DNA from: Escherichia phage slur07
Sequence record: NC_028780.1
Reading direction: 5' to 3' (one strand)
DNA length: 64,000 nucleotides
Positions 55,004-64,000 of the stretch are shown here, piece after piece (within the stretch, counting starts at the first letter, position 1; every line of letters begins with the position of its first letter). The translations under genes and the position numbers were made by a program. The notes beneath the pieces were generated by a model, which searched no databases, was not told the DNA's origin, and worked only from the letters and a program-made list of their open reading frames with translations.

Positions 55004-55423
55004 ATGATTACAGTAGATAAGTGGTTTAGAATTAATCGTGCTGATACAGGGCTGTGTAATTACTGGCCGGAACTTAGTGCAGGTAATGTCTTTAAAGTTC
55101 GTGAACTTGCAAAAGAATGTGAAGATGATATAGAGCCTGATACTGGAATTATTGAAATTGAACTTTCTGATGGAAAGATTATTAACATCTACGATAAGCC
55201 AATTACGTATTGGTGCTTGTGGAATACTGAATCAGTAGAAAATGGCGAAATTGAAGAAGTTGTAGAGCGAACTAATCAAGTTGTTCAGAAGCCTAAAGCC
55301 GATTTTCAAGGTGAACGTATTTCATATGCATTAGCTAAATTAGCTGCACAAGAAAATAACGATGGCTATGAAGGAAATTTGATGCAAGCTGCGGCAGAAT
55401 ATATTGAATGGCTTGAAACCTAA
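55004..55423 (+). CDS. hypothetical protein
   Basis: 139 aa from ATG 55004 with SD GGAGATGGGA; an overlapping 51-aa ORF (54865-55020) is an alternative. Confidence 0.5.
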   Translation: MITVDKWFRINRADTGLCNYWPELSAGNVFKVRELAKECEDDIEPDTGIIEIELSDGKIINIYDKPITYWCLWNTESVENGEIEEVVERTNQVVQKPKADFQGERISYALAKLAAQENNDGYEGNLMQAAAEYIEWLET

Positions 55424-55500
55424 ATTTCTTTTTCTGACCAAAAGATTCGGCAATATAAGCGATTGAATCAAATGTTTTACAATACTTGAAAATAATAAAT

Positions 55501-55525
55501 ACCCTTATCTATTTAAGGTAAGGGT
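55501..55525 (+). promoter_or_regulatory. RBS-sequestering hairpin upstream of gene 49
   Basis: Inverted repeat ACCCTTA(55501-55507)/TAAGGGT(55519-55525); the right arm contains the SD (AAGGG) 6 nt before ATG 55531, as described for T4 gene 49. Confidence 0.55.
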
Positions 55526-55530
55526 TTATT

Positions 55531-56004
55531 ATGTTATTGACTGGCAAATTATACAAAGAAGAAAAACAGAAATTTTATGATGCACAAAACGGTAAATGCT
55601 TAATTTGCCAACGAGAACTAAATCCTGATGTTCAAGCTAATCATCTTGATCATGACCATGAATTAAATGGACCAAAAGCAGGAAAGGTACGTGGATTGCT
55701 TTGTAATCTCTGCAATGCCGCAGAAGGTCAAATGAAACATAAATTTAATCGCTCTGGTTTAAAGGGACAAGGCGTTGATTATCTTGAATGGTTAGAAAAT
55801 TTACTTACTTATTTAAAATCCGATTACACCCAAAATAATATTCACCCTAACTTTGTTGGAGATAAATCAAAGGAATTTTCTCGTTTAGGAAAAGAGGAAA
55901 TGATGGCCGAGATGCTTCAAAGAGGATTTGAATATAATGAATCTGACACCAAAACACAGTTAATAGCTTCATTTAAGAAGCAGCTTAGAAAGAGTTTAAA
56001 ATGA
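55531..56004 (+). CDS. 49: endonuclease VII (Holliday-junction resolvase)
   Basis: 157 aa MLLTGKLYKEEKQKFYDAQNGKCLICQRELN...; matches T4 gp49; RBS-sequestering hairpin upstream. Confidence 0.93.
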   Translation: MLLTGKLYKEEKQKFYDAQNGKCLICQRELNPDVQANHLDHDHELNGPKAGKVRGLLCNLCNAAEGQMKHKFNRSGLKGQGVDYLEWLENLLTYLKSDYTQNNIHPNFVGDKSKEFSRLGKEEMMAEMLQRGFEYNESDTKTQLIASFKKQLRKSLK

Positions 56005-57818
56005 CAATTGAAAAAGAAATTGAAGGATTGATTCATAAAACTAATAAAGACCTTTTAAACGAGAATGCTAATAAAGATTCTCGTGTTTTTCCAACTCAAC
56101 GGGACCTTATGGCTGGTATTGTGTCTAAACACATTGCCAAAAATATGGTCCCGTCTTTTATTATGAAAGCGCATGAAAGCGGAATTATCCATTTCCACGA
56201 TATTGATTATTCCCCTGCTCTTCCATTTACTAATTGCTGTTTAGTAGATTTAAAAGGAATGCTTGAAAACGGATTTAAGCTAGGTAATGCACAGATTGAA
56301 ACTCCTAAATCAATTGGCGTTGCTACTGCAATTATGGCACAAATTACTGCACAGGTTGCTTCTCACCAATACGGCGGAACGACTTTTGCGAATGTAGATA
56401 AAGTACTTTCTCCTTATGTTAAACGCACCTATGCAAAACATATTGAGGATGCAGAAAAATGGCAAATCGCCGATGCGTTGAATTATGCTCAATCTAAAAC
56501 AGAAAAAGACGTATACGATGCATTCCAAGCTTATGAATATGAAGTAAATACTCTCTTTAGTTCAAACGGACAGACTCCTTTTGTAACAATTACATTTGGT
56601 ACGGGAACTGACTGGACTGAACGAATGATTCAGAAAGCAATTCTGAAAAATCGTATTAAAGGTCTTGGTCGTGATGGGATAACTCCTATTTTCCCTAAGC
56701 TTGTTATGTTCGTTGAAGAAGGTGTTAATCTTTATAAAGACGATCCGAACTATGATATTAAGCAGCTTGCTCTAGAGTGCGCAAGCAAAAGGATGTATCC
56801 TGATATTATTTCAGCTAAGAACAATAAAGCTATCACTGGTTCATCTGTTCCTGTTTCTCCAATGGGTTGCCGTAGTTTCTTGAGCGTATGGAAAGATTCG
56901 ACTGGTAATGAAATTCTTGATGGACGTAATAATCTTGGTGTTGTAACATTGAATCTTCCTCGCATCGCGTTAGATTCTTATATTGGAACACAGTTCAATG
57001 AACAGAAATTTGTTGAATTGTTCAATGAACGAATGGATTTGTGTTTTGAAGCTTTGATGTGTAGAATTAGTTCCTTAAAAGGAGTTAAAGCGACTGTTGC
57101 TCCTATTCTTTACCAAGAAGGTGCATTCGGGGTTCGTCTTAAACCTGATGACGACATAATTGAGTTATTTAAAAACGGTAGAAGTTCAGTGTCTTTAGGA
57201 TACATTGGTATTCACGAATTGAATATTCTTGTCGGTCGTGATATTGGACGAGAAATTTTAACTAAAATGAATGCTCATCTTAAACAGTGGACTGAAAGAA
57301 CCGGATTTGCTTTTAGTTTATATTCGACTCCTGCTGAAAACCTTTGTTATCGCTTCTGTAAACTCGATACAGAAAAATATGGAAGCGTAAAAGATGTTAC
57401 CGATAAAGGTTGGTACACTAACAGTTTCCATGTTTCAGTAGAAGAAAATATTACTCCGTTTGAAAAGATTTCCCGTGAAGCGCCATATCATTTCATTGCG
57501 ACAGGTGGTCACATTTCTTATGTTGAACTTCCTGATATGAAAAATAACTTAAAAGGTCTTGAGGCCGTGTGGGATTATGCTGCACAACATTTAGATTATT
57601 TTGGTGTTAATATGCCAGTAGATAAATGTTTTACATGCGGAAGTACCCATGAAATGACTCCTACTGAAAACGGATTTGTTTGTTCTATTTGTGGAGAAAC
57701 TGATCCTAAAAAGATGAATACCATAAGAAGAACATGTGGTTATTTGGGAAATCCGAACGAACGCGGATTTAATCTCGGTAAAAATAAAGAAATCATGCAT
57801 AGGGTTAAACACCAATGA
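56001..57818 (+). CDS. nrdD: anaerobic ribonucleoside-triphosphate reductase NrdD (uninterrupted)
   Basis: 605 aa continuous ORF; C-terminal glycyl-radical motif RRTCGYLG; Cys cluster CFTCGSTHEMTPTENGFVCSICG; ATGA overlap with 49. Confidence 0.92.
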   Translation: MTIEKEIEGLIHKTNKDLLNENANKDSRVFPTQRDLMAGIVSKHIAKNMVPSFIMKAHESGIIHFHDIDYSPALPFTNCCLVDLKGMLENGFKLGNAQIETPKSIGVATAIMAQITAQVASHQYGGTTFANVDKVLSPYVKRTYAKHIEDAEKWQIADALNYAQSKTEKDVYDAFQAYEYEVNTLFSSNGQTPFVTITFGTGTDWTERMIQKAILKNRIKGLGRDGITPIFPKLVMFVEEGVNLYKDDPNYDIKQLALECASKRMYPDIISAKNNKAITGSSVPVSPMGCRSFLSVWKDSTGNEILDGRNNLGVVTLNLPRIALDSYIGTQFNEQKFVELFNERMDLCFEALMCRISSLKGVKATVAPILYQEGAFGVRLKPDDDIIELFKNGRSSVSLGYIGIHELNILVGRDIGREILTKMNAHLKQWTERTGFAFSLYSTPAENLCYRFCKLDTEKYGSVKDVTDKGWYTNSFHVSVEENITPFEKISREAPYHFIATGGHISYVELPDMKNNLKGLEAVWDYAAQHLDYFGVNMPVDKCFTCGSTHEMTPTENGFVCSICGETDPKKMNTIRRTCGYLGNPNERGFNLGKNKEIMHRVKHQ

Positions 57819-58285
57819 ATTATGATAGATTTTATCCTTGCGATTTTGTTAATGGCCCTGGTTGCAGGGTTGTTCTTTTCGTTACAGGTTGTTTGCATAA
57901 ATGCGAAGGGTGTTATAATAAATCAACATGGAATGCTAGAAATGGTATTCCATTTACTGGTGAAACACTAGAACAATTGATTGAATGTTTGAATAATGAT
58001 TATATAGAAGGATTAACTATAACCGGAGGTGACCCTCTTTATCCTGATAACAGAGACGTGATTCACTCTGTGGTTCAAACAGTAAAAAATCTTTATCCCA
58101 ATAAAAGCATTTGGTTGTGGACAGGATATAAGTTTGAAGATATTAAACAACTAGAAATGCTTAAATATGTTGATGTTATTATTGATGGGAAGTATGAGAA
58201 AAATCTTCCGACTAAAAAGCTGTGGCGAGGATCAGATAATCAGCGACTTTGGTCAAATACCGATGGGGTGTGGAAACATGATTAA
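57815..58285 (+). CDS. nrdG: anaerobic ribonucleotide reductase activating protein NrdG (radical SAM)
   Basis: 156 aa; Cys motif near the N-terminus (CLHKCEGCYN); ATGA overlap with nrdD. Confidence 0.9.
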   Translation: MNYDRFYPCDFVNGPGCRVVLFVTGCLHKCEGCYNKSTWNARNGIPFTGETLEQLIECLNNDYIEGLTITGGDPLYPDNRDVIHSVVQTVKNLYPNKSIWLWTGYKFEDIKQLEMLKYVDVIIDGKYEKNLPTKKLWRGSDNQRLWSNTDGVWKHD

Positions 58286-58400
58286 ATTGAATTATATTAT
58301 GGACACTATAAATGATATGATTTTTCATTTTGGTCCAGAATTTTATTCGCAATATAGTTTAGTGCTTATCAATGCTTGGTTAATCAATTAAGGGTAAAAT

Positions 58401-58613
58401 ATGTATAAATTTCGTAAAGGTTTAGCTGATTTTCTTACAACTGTAACGTTCTTTCTGTTTATGGCAGTTGGAGCTATTTTTCTTATTCCTTTTATTGTTG
58501 TATTTTTCGTGATTAGTTTAATTTCTCCAGAAAAGGGCTTATCTTCTAGTGAGTTCAATGAGCGTCTGGATAAAATTACTAACAAGCTGAATGCTGCTCT
58601 TAGTAAGGAATAG
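58401..58613 (+). CDS. small membrane protein
   Basis: 70 aa; one long hydrophobic segment. Confidence 0.5.
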   Translation: MYKFRKGLADFLTTVTFFLFMAVGAIFLIPFIVVFFVISLISPEKGLSSSEFNERLDKITNKLNAALSKE

Positions 58614-58615
58614 TT

Positions 58616-58924
58616 GTGAAACAAAATAAGATTGAAGTCTATGGAATTCCAGATGAAGTAGGTCGTTGTCCTGGATGTCAATCAGTTACAAAACTTCTAA
58701 AGGAGCTCAATGCTCCTTTTACTTTCTATAAAGTTCTTACAAATAATGGTAAGATTGAGTATGATCGTCCACTGATTGTATCTCTTGCTAAACGCGCTGG
58801 ATTCACATCTCTTAACATTCGTTATCCAGTCATTTTCATTAATGATTCTAGACAAAAGAACATTAAACACTTCAAAGAAACTCTCATTTCACTTGGATAT
58901 GATAGAGATATCATAGAAGATTAA
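58616..58924 (+). CDS. nrdH: glutaredoxin-like protein NrdH
   Basis: 102 aa from GTG 58616 with SD AAGGAA; CPGC redox motif. Confidence 0.75.
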   Translation: MKQNKIEVYGIPDEVGRCPGCQSVTKLLKELNAPFTFYKVLTNNGKIEYDRPLIVSLAKRAGFTSLNIRYPVIFINDSRQKNIKHFKETLISLGYDRDIIED

Positions 58925-58925
58925 G

Positions 58926-58950
58926 ACGGGCCCTCTGGGCCTTTCTTTCT
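58926..58950 (+). terminator. hairpin plus U-rich tract after nrdH
   Basis: GGGCCC-TCT-GGGCC followed by TTTCTTTCT. Confidence 0.45.
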
Positions 58951-59022
58951 CACATTCTGTATATTACCATTCTAAGCTATCGTTCCTTTCTTATCATTCC
59001 CTAAAATATTTTTCACAAAGTT

Positions 59023-59052
59023 GTTTACAACAAGTTCAAACCGTGGTATTAT
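59023..59052 (+). promoter_or_regulatory. early promoter, GTTTAC / 18 bp / TATTAT
   Basis: GTTTAC 59023-59028, TATTAT 59047-59052; follows hairpin 58926-58950. Confidence 0.6.
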
Positions 59053-59082
59053 TAACATATGAATTGCCTTTGAGGAATTGAT

Positions 59083-59265
59083 ATGGTTATGATTGATAAA
59101 GAAATTAAAAGGGGACAGTATTATCTTATTAATGGTAATGCTGTTCGCGTTACTCATGTAAATAGTTTTGAAGTTTGCTATATTATACTCAAGTTACATA
59201 AACGCATGATTTGCGATCGTGCTGCATTTAGTTCAGTTGCTAAGGAAATTAAACTCCATGGGTAA
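59083..59265 (+). CDS. hypothetical small protein
   Basis: 60 aa, SD GAGGAA; early promoter 59023-59052. Confidence 0.45.
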   Translation: MVMIDKEIKRGQYYLINGNAVRVTHVNSFEVCYIILKLHKRMICDRAAFSSVAKEIKLHG

Positions 59266-59551
59266 AACGTATCGTCGTAAAGACTTGAAAGTGCGTGATT
59301 ATGACTATTTCGGAAAGCGTAAAGCTCCTGACGGTGTAAGTCATAAAGATATGGTTGAAAACATTTTTCGCTCAGATAAATGGCGTAGAATGAAAGGTAT
59401 TGATTCAGAAGTTAAAGATGAGTTAAATCGTCAATTACGCGGTGAAGTAAGAAAGTTGAAAAAATCAGTTTACATTGACGATGATTTTGATTATAATACT
59501 TCTCAACGAGTTGCTAAACGTAAATCAAACGAGTGTTATCGTTACAGCTGA
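59258..59551 (+). CDS. hypothetical basic protein
   Basis: 97 aa from ATG 59258; Lys/Arg-rich. Confidence 0.45.
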   Translation: MGKTYRRKDLKVRDYDYFGKRKAPDGVSHKDMVENIFRSDKWRRMKGIDSEVKDELNRQLRGEVRKLKKSVYIDDDFDYNTSQRVAKRKSNECYRYS

Positions 59552-59558
59552 GGAAAAT

Positions 59559-59690
59559 ATGAATATCAAACGCATGCTTTTTAAGCAAGGGCTATACACT
59601 TTAAATGTTACTCCAAAGGGTGATACAACTAAGTGGTCAGTAAATGACTGGATTAAATTTATTGATGAAAACGGTAATTGGGAAATTTAA
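59559..59690 (+). CDS. hypothetical small protein
   Basis: 43 aa from ATG 59559 with SD GAGGAAAA. Confidence 0.3.
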   Translation: MNIKRMLFKQGLYTLNVTPKGDTTKWSVNDWIKFIDENGNWEI

Positions 59691-59891
59691 ATGAATCCTG
59701 AATCTAAATTATCGCAGCGAATTGCCGAAGCTCGTCGTCAGTTCTTTGAAAATATGATAGCACAAGGTATTGATGACGAAGTTTTTCTAAACTGGTTTTG
59801 GAATCACAAATATTCAAGTTGCTCAGGAGCAATATTAATATCAGCCGCAATGATGTATGAAGGCTGGAAGGGTGCCAAAAAGTTTAGCTAA
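59691..59891 (+). CDS. hypothetical small protein
   Basis: 66 aa ORF followed by terminator 59891-59908. Confidence 0.45.
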   Translation: MNPESKLSQRIAEARRQFFENMIAQGIDDEVFLNWFWNHKYSSCSGAILISAAMMYEGWKGAKKFS

Positions 59892-59908
59892 GGGCTTCGG
59901 CCCTTTTT
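59891..59908 (+). terminator. rho-independent terminator
   Basis: AGGGC-TTCG-GCCCT + TTTT. Confidence 0.55.
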
Positions 59909-59943
59909 GGATAATAAAATTTTAACGTAATTGAGGATAATGT

Positions 59944-60270
59944 ATGACTATTCAAATTAAAAACGTCATTAATTCTTACGCATATGATAAAGTAGTTTCT
60001 TTGCTAGAAAAAGGCGATATTGTAACTCCTCAAATTTTGGATAAATGGGAAAAAGAGCTTCATCAGACGATGAAACAGAATGATCAGAAGATTGGACGCA
60101 ATACTGTCCGTGAATTGTTGGTTCAATATATCTTGTCAGAATTTGATGTTAAAGCTTTTGGTGTAGAATCTAAAGCTTATCAAAAGCATGAAATTTCCGA
60201 TAAAACTATTCGTCGCATGAAAAATCAACGCAAGAAAAAATTTGCAGACCTGAAAATTACTAAGGTATAA
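59944..60270 (+). CDS. hypothetical protein
   Basis: 108 aa, SD GAGGATAA. Confidence 0.5.
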   Translation: MTIQIKNVINSYAYDKVVSLLEKGDIVTPQILDKWEKELHQTMKQNDQKIGRNTVRELLVQYILSEFDVKAFGVESKAYQKHEISDKTIRRMKNQRKKKFADLKITKV

Positions 60271-60272
60271 TT

Positions 60273-60488
60273 ATGAACGAAGCTCTTATTAACGATTTGC
60301 GTCTTGCCGGATATGAAGTAAATACAAACGGCAATGGTTTAACTCAAATTGAAGGAAATGGATTCATCCTTGAGTATGAATTTAGCCAATGGTGGTTATA
60401 TGGCAATTATGGCGAATTGATTGAATATGTTGACCAATTTGATTCACTAGATGCAGCTCTTGAAGCGGCTAAGTTGATGAATGTATGA
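60273..60488 (+). CDS. hypothetical small protein
   Basis: 71 aa ORF. Confidence 0.45.
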   Translation: MNEALINDLRLAGYEVNTNGNGLTQIEGNGFILEYEFSQWWLYGNYGELIEYVDQFDSLDAALEAAKLMNV

Positions 60489-60754
60489 AATTTATTAATA
60501 TTTCTATTACTATTGAAAATTATGGCATTTTCTATGTTGACCAATACATGAAAATTTCATTTTTCCCAAATAAAACTGGTGTTGGATATTGGGAAAGTCA
60601 TGTTTCTGAATTAAATGAAAGTGAATATGTTAGTACACATGAAAAGTTTTTAGACTTTTTATATCATGCTGATTTAACTAGTCATTATATAGATATTCAT
60701 GAATTTAAAAAGATGATGGAAAAAGTATTCCAAGCATACTGTTTACTTAGATAA
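60485..60754 (+). CDS. hypothetical protein
   Basis: 89 aa, ATGA overlap. Confidence 0.45.
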   Translation: MKFINISITIENYGIFYVDQYMKISFFPNKTGVGYWESHVSELNESEYVSTHEKFLDFLYHADLTSHYIDIHEFKKMMEKVFQAYCLLR

Positions 60755-60795
60755 CTGATATCCTCTATGCTTTAAGATAGATCTTCAAATATTAT
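60741..60795 (+). promoter_or_regulatory. putative promoter region upstream of gene 55 (MotA-box-like ATGCTTTA)
   Basis: GTTTAC at 60741-60746 and MotA-box-like ATGCTTTA at 60767-60774 followed by AT-rich -10 candidates; spacing not ideal. Confidence 0.3.
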
Positions 60796-60832
60796 GATAT
60801 AATAGATCTATGAATTGAGCTAAGAGGTGAAA

Positions 60833-61390
60833 ATGTCAGAAACTAAGCCTAAATATAATTACGTAAACAATAAAGAGCTTTTACAAGCTATTATTGATTG
60901 GAAAACAGAATTAGCAAATAATAAAGACCCAAATAAAGTAGTTCGTCAGAATGATACTATCGGATTAGCCATTATGCTTATTGCAGAAGGCTTATCTAAA
61001 CGTTTCAACTTTTCAGGATACACCCAGTCTTGGAAACAAGAAATGATTGCAGATGGTATAGAAGCTTCTATTAAGGGGCTTCACAATTTTGATGAAACGA
61101 AATATAAAAACCCGCATGCGTATATAACTCAAGCTTGTTTTAATGCATTCGTCCAACGTATTAAAAAAGAACGTAAGGAAGTTGCAAAGAAATATAGTTA
61201 CTTCGTTCACAATGTCTATGACAGTCGTGACGACGATATGGTTGCGTTAGTAGATGAAACTTTTATTCAAGACATCTACGATAAAATGACGCATTACGAA
61301 GAATCAACCTATAGAACACCGGGGGCTGAAAAGAAAAGTGTTGTAGACGATTCTCCTAGTTTGGATTTTTTATATGAGGCTAACGATTAA
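60833..61390 (+). CDS. 55: late-transcription sigma factor gp55
   Basis: 185 aa from ATG 60833 with SD AAGAGGTGA: [24 protein letters not shown]..., matches T4 gp55. Confidence 0.92.
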
Positions 61391-61592
61391 CCTCTCCGGA
61401 TTCTTGGAAGAAATACCTGAAGTTGAAGCTATTCCCTATTTACTTAAAATGTATCTCAGGGAAGTTTTAGCTCTTGACATTGATATTGATCCAGAAAATC
61501 CGTATGATACCGCTTTTAAATCTAATGGTGTAGAATTAAATTACAGGTATCATTTAACAGATGATGATTTTTATTTTATATTAGAGAAATAA
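61374..61592 (+). CDS. hypothetical protein
   Basis: 72 aa ORF overlapping gene 55 end by 17 nt. Confidence 0.4.
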
Positions 61593-61593
61593 T

Positions 61594-61911
61594 ATGACTG
61601 ATAAACCCGAAATTAATGATGAAGTGGAAAAGCTTATTTCTTCTATTGAAGAAAAGAACCGTCTTGAAGCAGAAAGAAAAGCAAATAAGTTATTGTCTAA
61701 AAACAAACGCGAACTGAATCGTCTTTATAAGCACGCTCAGACTGCAGCTGAAAACAATAATTTTGCTCAATACGAATATGCTATCAAGAAAAGTCGGGAT
61801 ATTCTAAAACAGCCATATAACGATGAACTCATCAGTATTCTTTGGAAGACTACTAGATCGCAAATTGAGGATATGATTGATGCTTACACACGTAAAATTC
61901 AAGCGTCTTAA
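61594..61911 (+). CDS. hypothetical coiled-coil protein
   Basis: 105 aa, SD GAGAAA. Confidence 0.5.
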   Translation: MTDKPEINDEVEKLISSIEEKNRLEAERKANKLLSKNKRELNRLYKHAQTAAENNNFAQYEYAIKKSRDILKQPYNDELISILWKTTRSQIEDMIDAYTRKIQAS

Positions 61912-62083
61912 AATTAATGCAGGATTTACTGAATCTTTGAATGGTCATCTTTGTGTGAAAATTTCTGAAAAAGAATACCATGATAGTTCAATTAAAGAAG
62001 TTAATCCTCCTATTGTAAGAGCAGACCCTAATATGAAAGTGTGGGTTGATTCTTATCAAGTCAAAAAATGGTGGCAGTTATGA
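61880..62083 (+). CDS. hypothetical small protein
   Basis: 67 aa from ATG 61880, overlapping previous gene by 32 nt. Confidence 0.35.
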   Translation: MLTHVKFKRLKINAGFTESLNGHLCVKISEKEYHDSSIKEVNPPIVRADPNMKVWVDSYQVKKWWQL

Positions 62084-62143
62084 AAGATGAACACCCAGAC
62101 TTCTGAAATAGATTATAATAAAATTCGTTCCTCTAAAGAGGAA

Positions 62144-62260
62144 ATGATGAGACTCTTTAAAGCGTCTCATGATAAAGCTAAAGCAGAAGGAACTATAAAA
62201 TATAAGCGCATAAAATTTAAAAGTTCTAACGAGCCTCTGTATGGCGTATTATGTGGATAG
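62144..62260 (+). CDS. hypothetical small basic protein
   Basis: 38 aa ORF not in the track; SD AGAGGA; followed directly by hairpin terminator. Confidence 0.3.
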   Translation: MMRLFKASHDKAKAEGTIKYKRIKFKSSNEPLYGVLCG

Positions 62261-62274
62261 GAGCTTCGGCTCCT
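62259..62274 (+). terminator. UUCG-loop hairpin upstream of alpha-gt
   Basis: AGGAGC-TTCG-GCTCCT; weak T-run. Confidence 0.4.
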
Positions 62275-62326
62275 ATATTGCTTTATAAATTTTTGGTAAA
62301 ATAAACCAAAACAAAGAGGATATTAA

Positions 62327-63529
62327 ATGAAAGTATGTATTTTTATGGCTCGAGGTCTTGAAGGTTGTGGTGTAACTAAATTTTCTCTTGAGCAACGTGA
62401 TTGGTTTATTAAGAATGGTCATGAAGTAACTTTGGTTTATGCTAAAGATAAATCATTTACTCGTAATTGCGCGCATGATTATAAATCATTTTCAATTCCG
62501 GTTTTATTGGCAAAAGAATATGATAAAACACTTAAGCTGGTAAATGATTGTGATATTCTAATTATCAATTCAGTTCCTGCTACTTCGGTTGAAGAAGACA
62601 CTATTAATAACTATAAAAAAATTATTGATAACATTAAACCTTCTGTTCGTGTTGTAGTTTATCAACATGACCATTCTTCTCTTTCTTTGCGCCGAAATTT
62701 GGGATTAGAAGAAACTGTTCGTCGAGCTGATGTTATTTTTAGCCATTCTGATAATGGTGATTTTAATAAAGTTCTGATGAAAGAATGGTATCCTGAAACA
62801 GTTTCTCTGTTTGATGATATTGAAGAAGCACCGACAGTATATAACTTTCAGCCTCCTATGGATATTGCGAAGGTTCGGTCAACCTACTGGAAAGATGTTT
62901 CTGAAATTAACATGAATATCAACCGTTGGATTGGTCGTACGACTACATGGAAAGGTTTTTATCAGATGTTTGATTTTCATGAAAAACATCTTAAACCTGC
63001 AGGACTAAGTACTATTATGGAAGGTCTGGAACGTTCTCCAGCGTTCATTCCTATTAAAGAAAAAGGAATTCCATACGAGTATTATCGTCTTCATCAAGTA
63101 GACCAAATTAAAATTGCTCCTAATTTGCCAACGCAAATTCTTGACCGTTATGTAAATAGCGAAATGCTTGAACGTATGAGTAAATCCGGTTTTGGTTATC
63201 AGTTGAGTAAGTTGGATAAAAAATATCTACAACGTTCTTTAGAATATACTCATCTCGAGCTTGGTGCATGTGGAACAATTCCGGTATTTTGGAAATCTAC
63301 TGGCGAAAATTTAAAATTCCGTGTTGATAATACTCCTTTGACCTCGCATGATAGCGGTATCATTTGGTTTGATGAAAATGACATGGAATCAACATTTGAA
63401 CGTATTAAAGAACTGTCATCTGACCGAACTCTTTATGACCGCGAACGCGAAAAAGCTTATGAATTTTTGTATCAGCATCAAGATTCAAGCTTCTGCTTTA
63501 AAGAACAGTTTGACATTATTACAAAATAA
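62327..63529 (+). CDS. a-gt: DNA alpha-glucosyltransferase
   Basis: 400 aa, T4 alpha-gt length; start MKVCIFMARGLEGCGVTKFSLEQRDWF; position between 55 and 47. Confidence 0.88.
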   Translation: MKVCIFMARGLEGCGVTKFSLEQRDWFIKNGHEVTLVYAKDKSFTRNCAHDYKSFSIPVLLAKEYDKTLKLVNDCDILIINSVPATSVEEDTINNYKKIIDNIKPSVRVVVYQHDHSSLSLRRNLGLEETVRRADVIFSHSDNGDFNKVLMKEWYPETVSLFDDIEEAPTVYNFQPPMDIAKVRSTYWKDVSEINMNINRWIGRTTTWKGFYQMFDFHEKHLKPAGLSTIMEGLERSPAFIPIKEKGIPYEYYRLHQVDQIKIAPNLPTQILDRYVNSEMLERMSKSGFGYQLSKLDKKYLQRSLEYTHLELGACGTIPVFWKSTGENLKFRVDNTPLTSHDSGIIWFDENDMESTFERIKELSSDRTLYDREREKAYEFLYQHQDSSFCFKEQFDIITK

Positions 63530-63545
63530 AGGGCTTCGGCCCTTT
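63528..63545 (+). terminator. UUCG-loop hairpin after alpha-gt
   Basis: AAAGGGC-TTCG-GCCCTTT. Confidence 0.45.
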
Positions 63546-63568
63546 AGCTTTATACGGAGTTTGATATA

Positions 63569-63709
63569 ATGATATTTCTTGGATATGTGATACTTTTTCT
63601 TGCATTTTATCTATTCACTAGAGCATGTTGGATTGGGTTCTTTAGCACGCCAGATGGGTTTATTTCAATAATTTTATTTTGCATTTCAATGACGGTTCTT
63701 GATATATGA
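63569..63709 (+). CDS. hydrophobic 46-aa peptide
   Basis: MIFLGYVILFLAFYLFTRACWIGFFSTPDGFISIILFCISMTVLDI; ATGA overlap with gene 47 start. Confidence 0.3.
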   Translation: MIFLGYVILFLAFYLFTRACWIGFFSTPDGFISIILFCISMTVLDI

Positions 63710-64000
63710 AAATTTTAAATTTAGGTGATTGGCATTTAGGCGTTAAAGCCGATGATGAGTGGGTTCAATCCATTCAGTTGGATGGAATTAAACAAGCAAT
63801 AGAATATTCTAAGAAAAATGGAATTACTACATGGATTCAATACGGCGATATTTTTGATGTGCGAAAAGCAATCACGCATAAAACTATGGAGTTCGCTCGT
63901 GAAATAGTTCAAATGCTTGATGATGCTGGTATTACCCTACATACTGTTGTAGGAAACCATGATATGCACTTTAAAAATACTTTAACTCCAAATGCCTCTA
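63706..64000 (+). CDS. 47: recombination endonuclease subunit gp47 (Mre11-like), N-terminal part (continues beyond window end)
   Basis: MKILNLGDWHLGVKADDEWVQ... with phosphoesterase motifs GDWH and GNHD; position after alpha-gt as in T4. Confidence 0.88.
   Translation, partial: MKILNLGDWHLGVKADDEWVQSIQLDGIKQAIEYSKKNGITTWIQYGDIFDVRKAITHKTMEFAREIVQMLDDAGITLHTVVGNHDMHFKNTLTPNAS

Noticed and set aside
56001-57818. Looked for a group I intron or intron-encoded endonuclease in nrdD, and for inteins in the large enzymes
   Set aside because: nrdD is a continuous 605-codon ORF of T4 length; gp17, gp5 and NrdD show no extra insertions relative to expected lengths.
58167-58391. 74-aa ORF overlapping the 3' end of nrdG in another frame
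   Set aside because: It starts inside nrdG with no SD. The only part outside nrdG (58299-58391, 30 aa) has no ribosome-binding site. Likely non-coding spacer before the small membrane-protein gene at 58401.
62281-62300. TATAAAT-like motif upstream of alpha-gt as a late promoter
   Set aside because: The sequence is TATAAATT, a 7/8 match only, and alpha-gt is an early gene; not called.

Overview
The window is a contiguous segment of a T4-like (T-even) myovirus genome. No database search was possible, so all gene names rest on my recall of T4 protein sequences, lengths and gene order. Positions 1-23574 carry the late morphogenesis and packaging block on the minus strand in canonical T4 order: 20 (portal, partial), 19, 18, 17, 16, 15, 14, 13, wac, 12, 11, 10, 9, 8, 7, 6, 5.4, 5.1, 5, 53. 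Nearly all products have exactly the T4 protein lengths, and TATAAATA late promoters and intercistronic hairpins are visible. From 23622 the plus strand carries 4, 2, 3, 1, 57A, 57B (Acb1), then a hyperplastic early region. That region holds capsid-targeting-sequence (CTS) internal-protein genes, nine tRNA genes interrupted by a GIY-YIG segB-like endonuclease, small e.x-like genes, nudE, e (lysozyme), denV, a GrcA-like glycyl-radical cofactor, regB, tk, rI, many hypothetical genes, nrdC, 49, intron-less nrdD, nrdG, nrdH, 55, alpha-gt and the start of 47. Thirteen sigma70-type early promoters (GTTTAC, 18-bp spacer, TAnnAT) and many GNRA/UUCG hairpin terminators punctuate it. The lysozyme differs from T4 e at several residues and the tRNA and internal-protein complements differ from what I recall for T4, so this is a T4 relative rather than T4 itself. 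The strongest candidate for something new is a nucleotidyltransferase-fold gene split by a -1 frameshift, with a canonical slippery heptamer directly before the 0-frame stop (45968-45977). Other candidates are a tandem set of four ~300-340 aa genes with C-terminal coiled coils, cassette-like internal-protein genes flanked by duplicated promoter or terminator modules, palindromes centred on early-promoter -10 elements, and several tandem paralog families of small membrane proteins.
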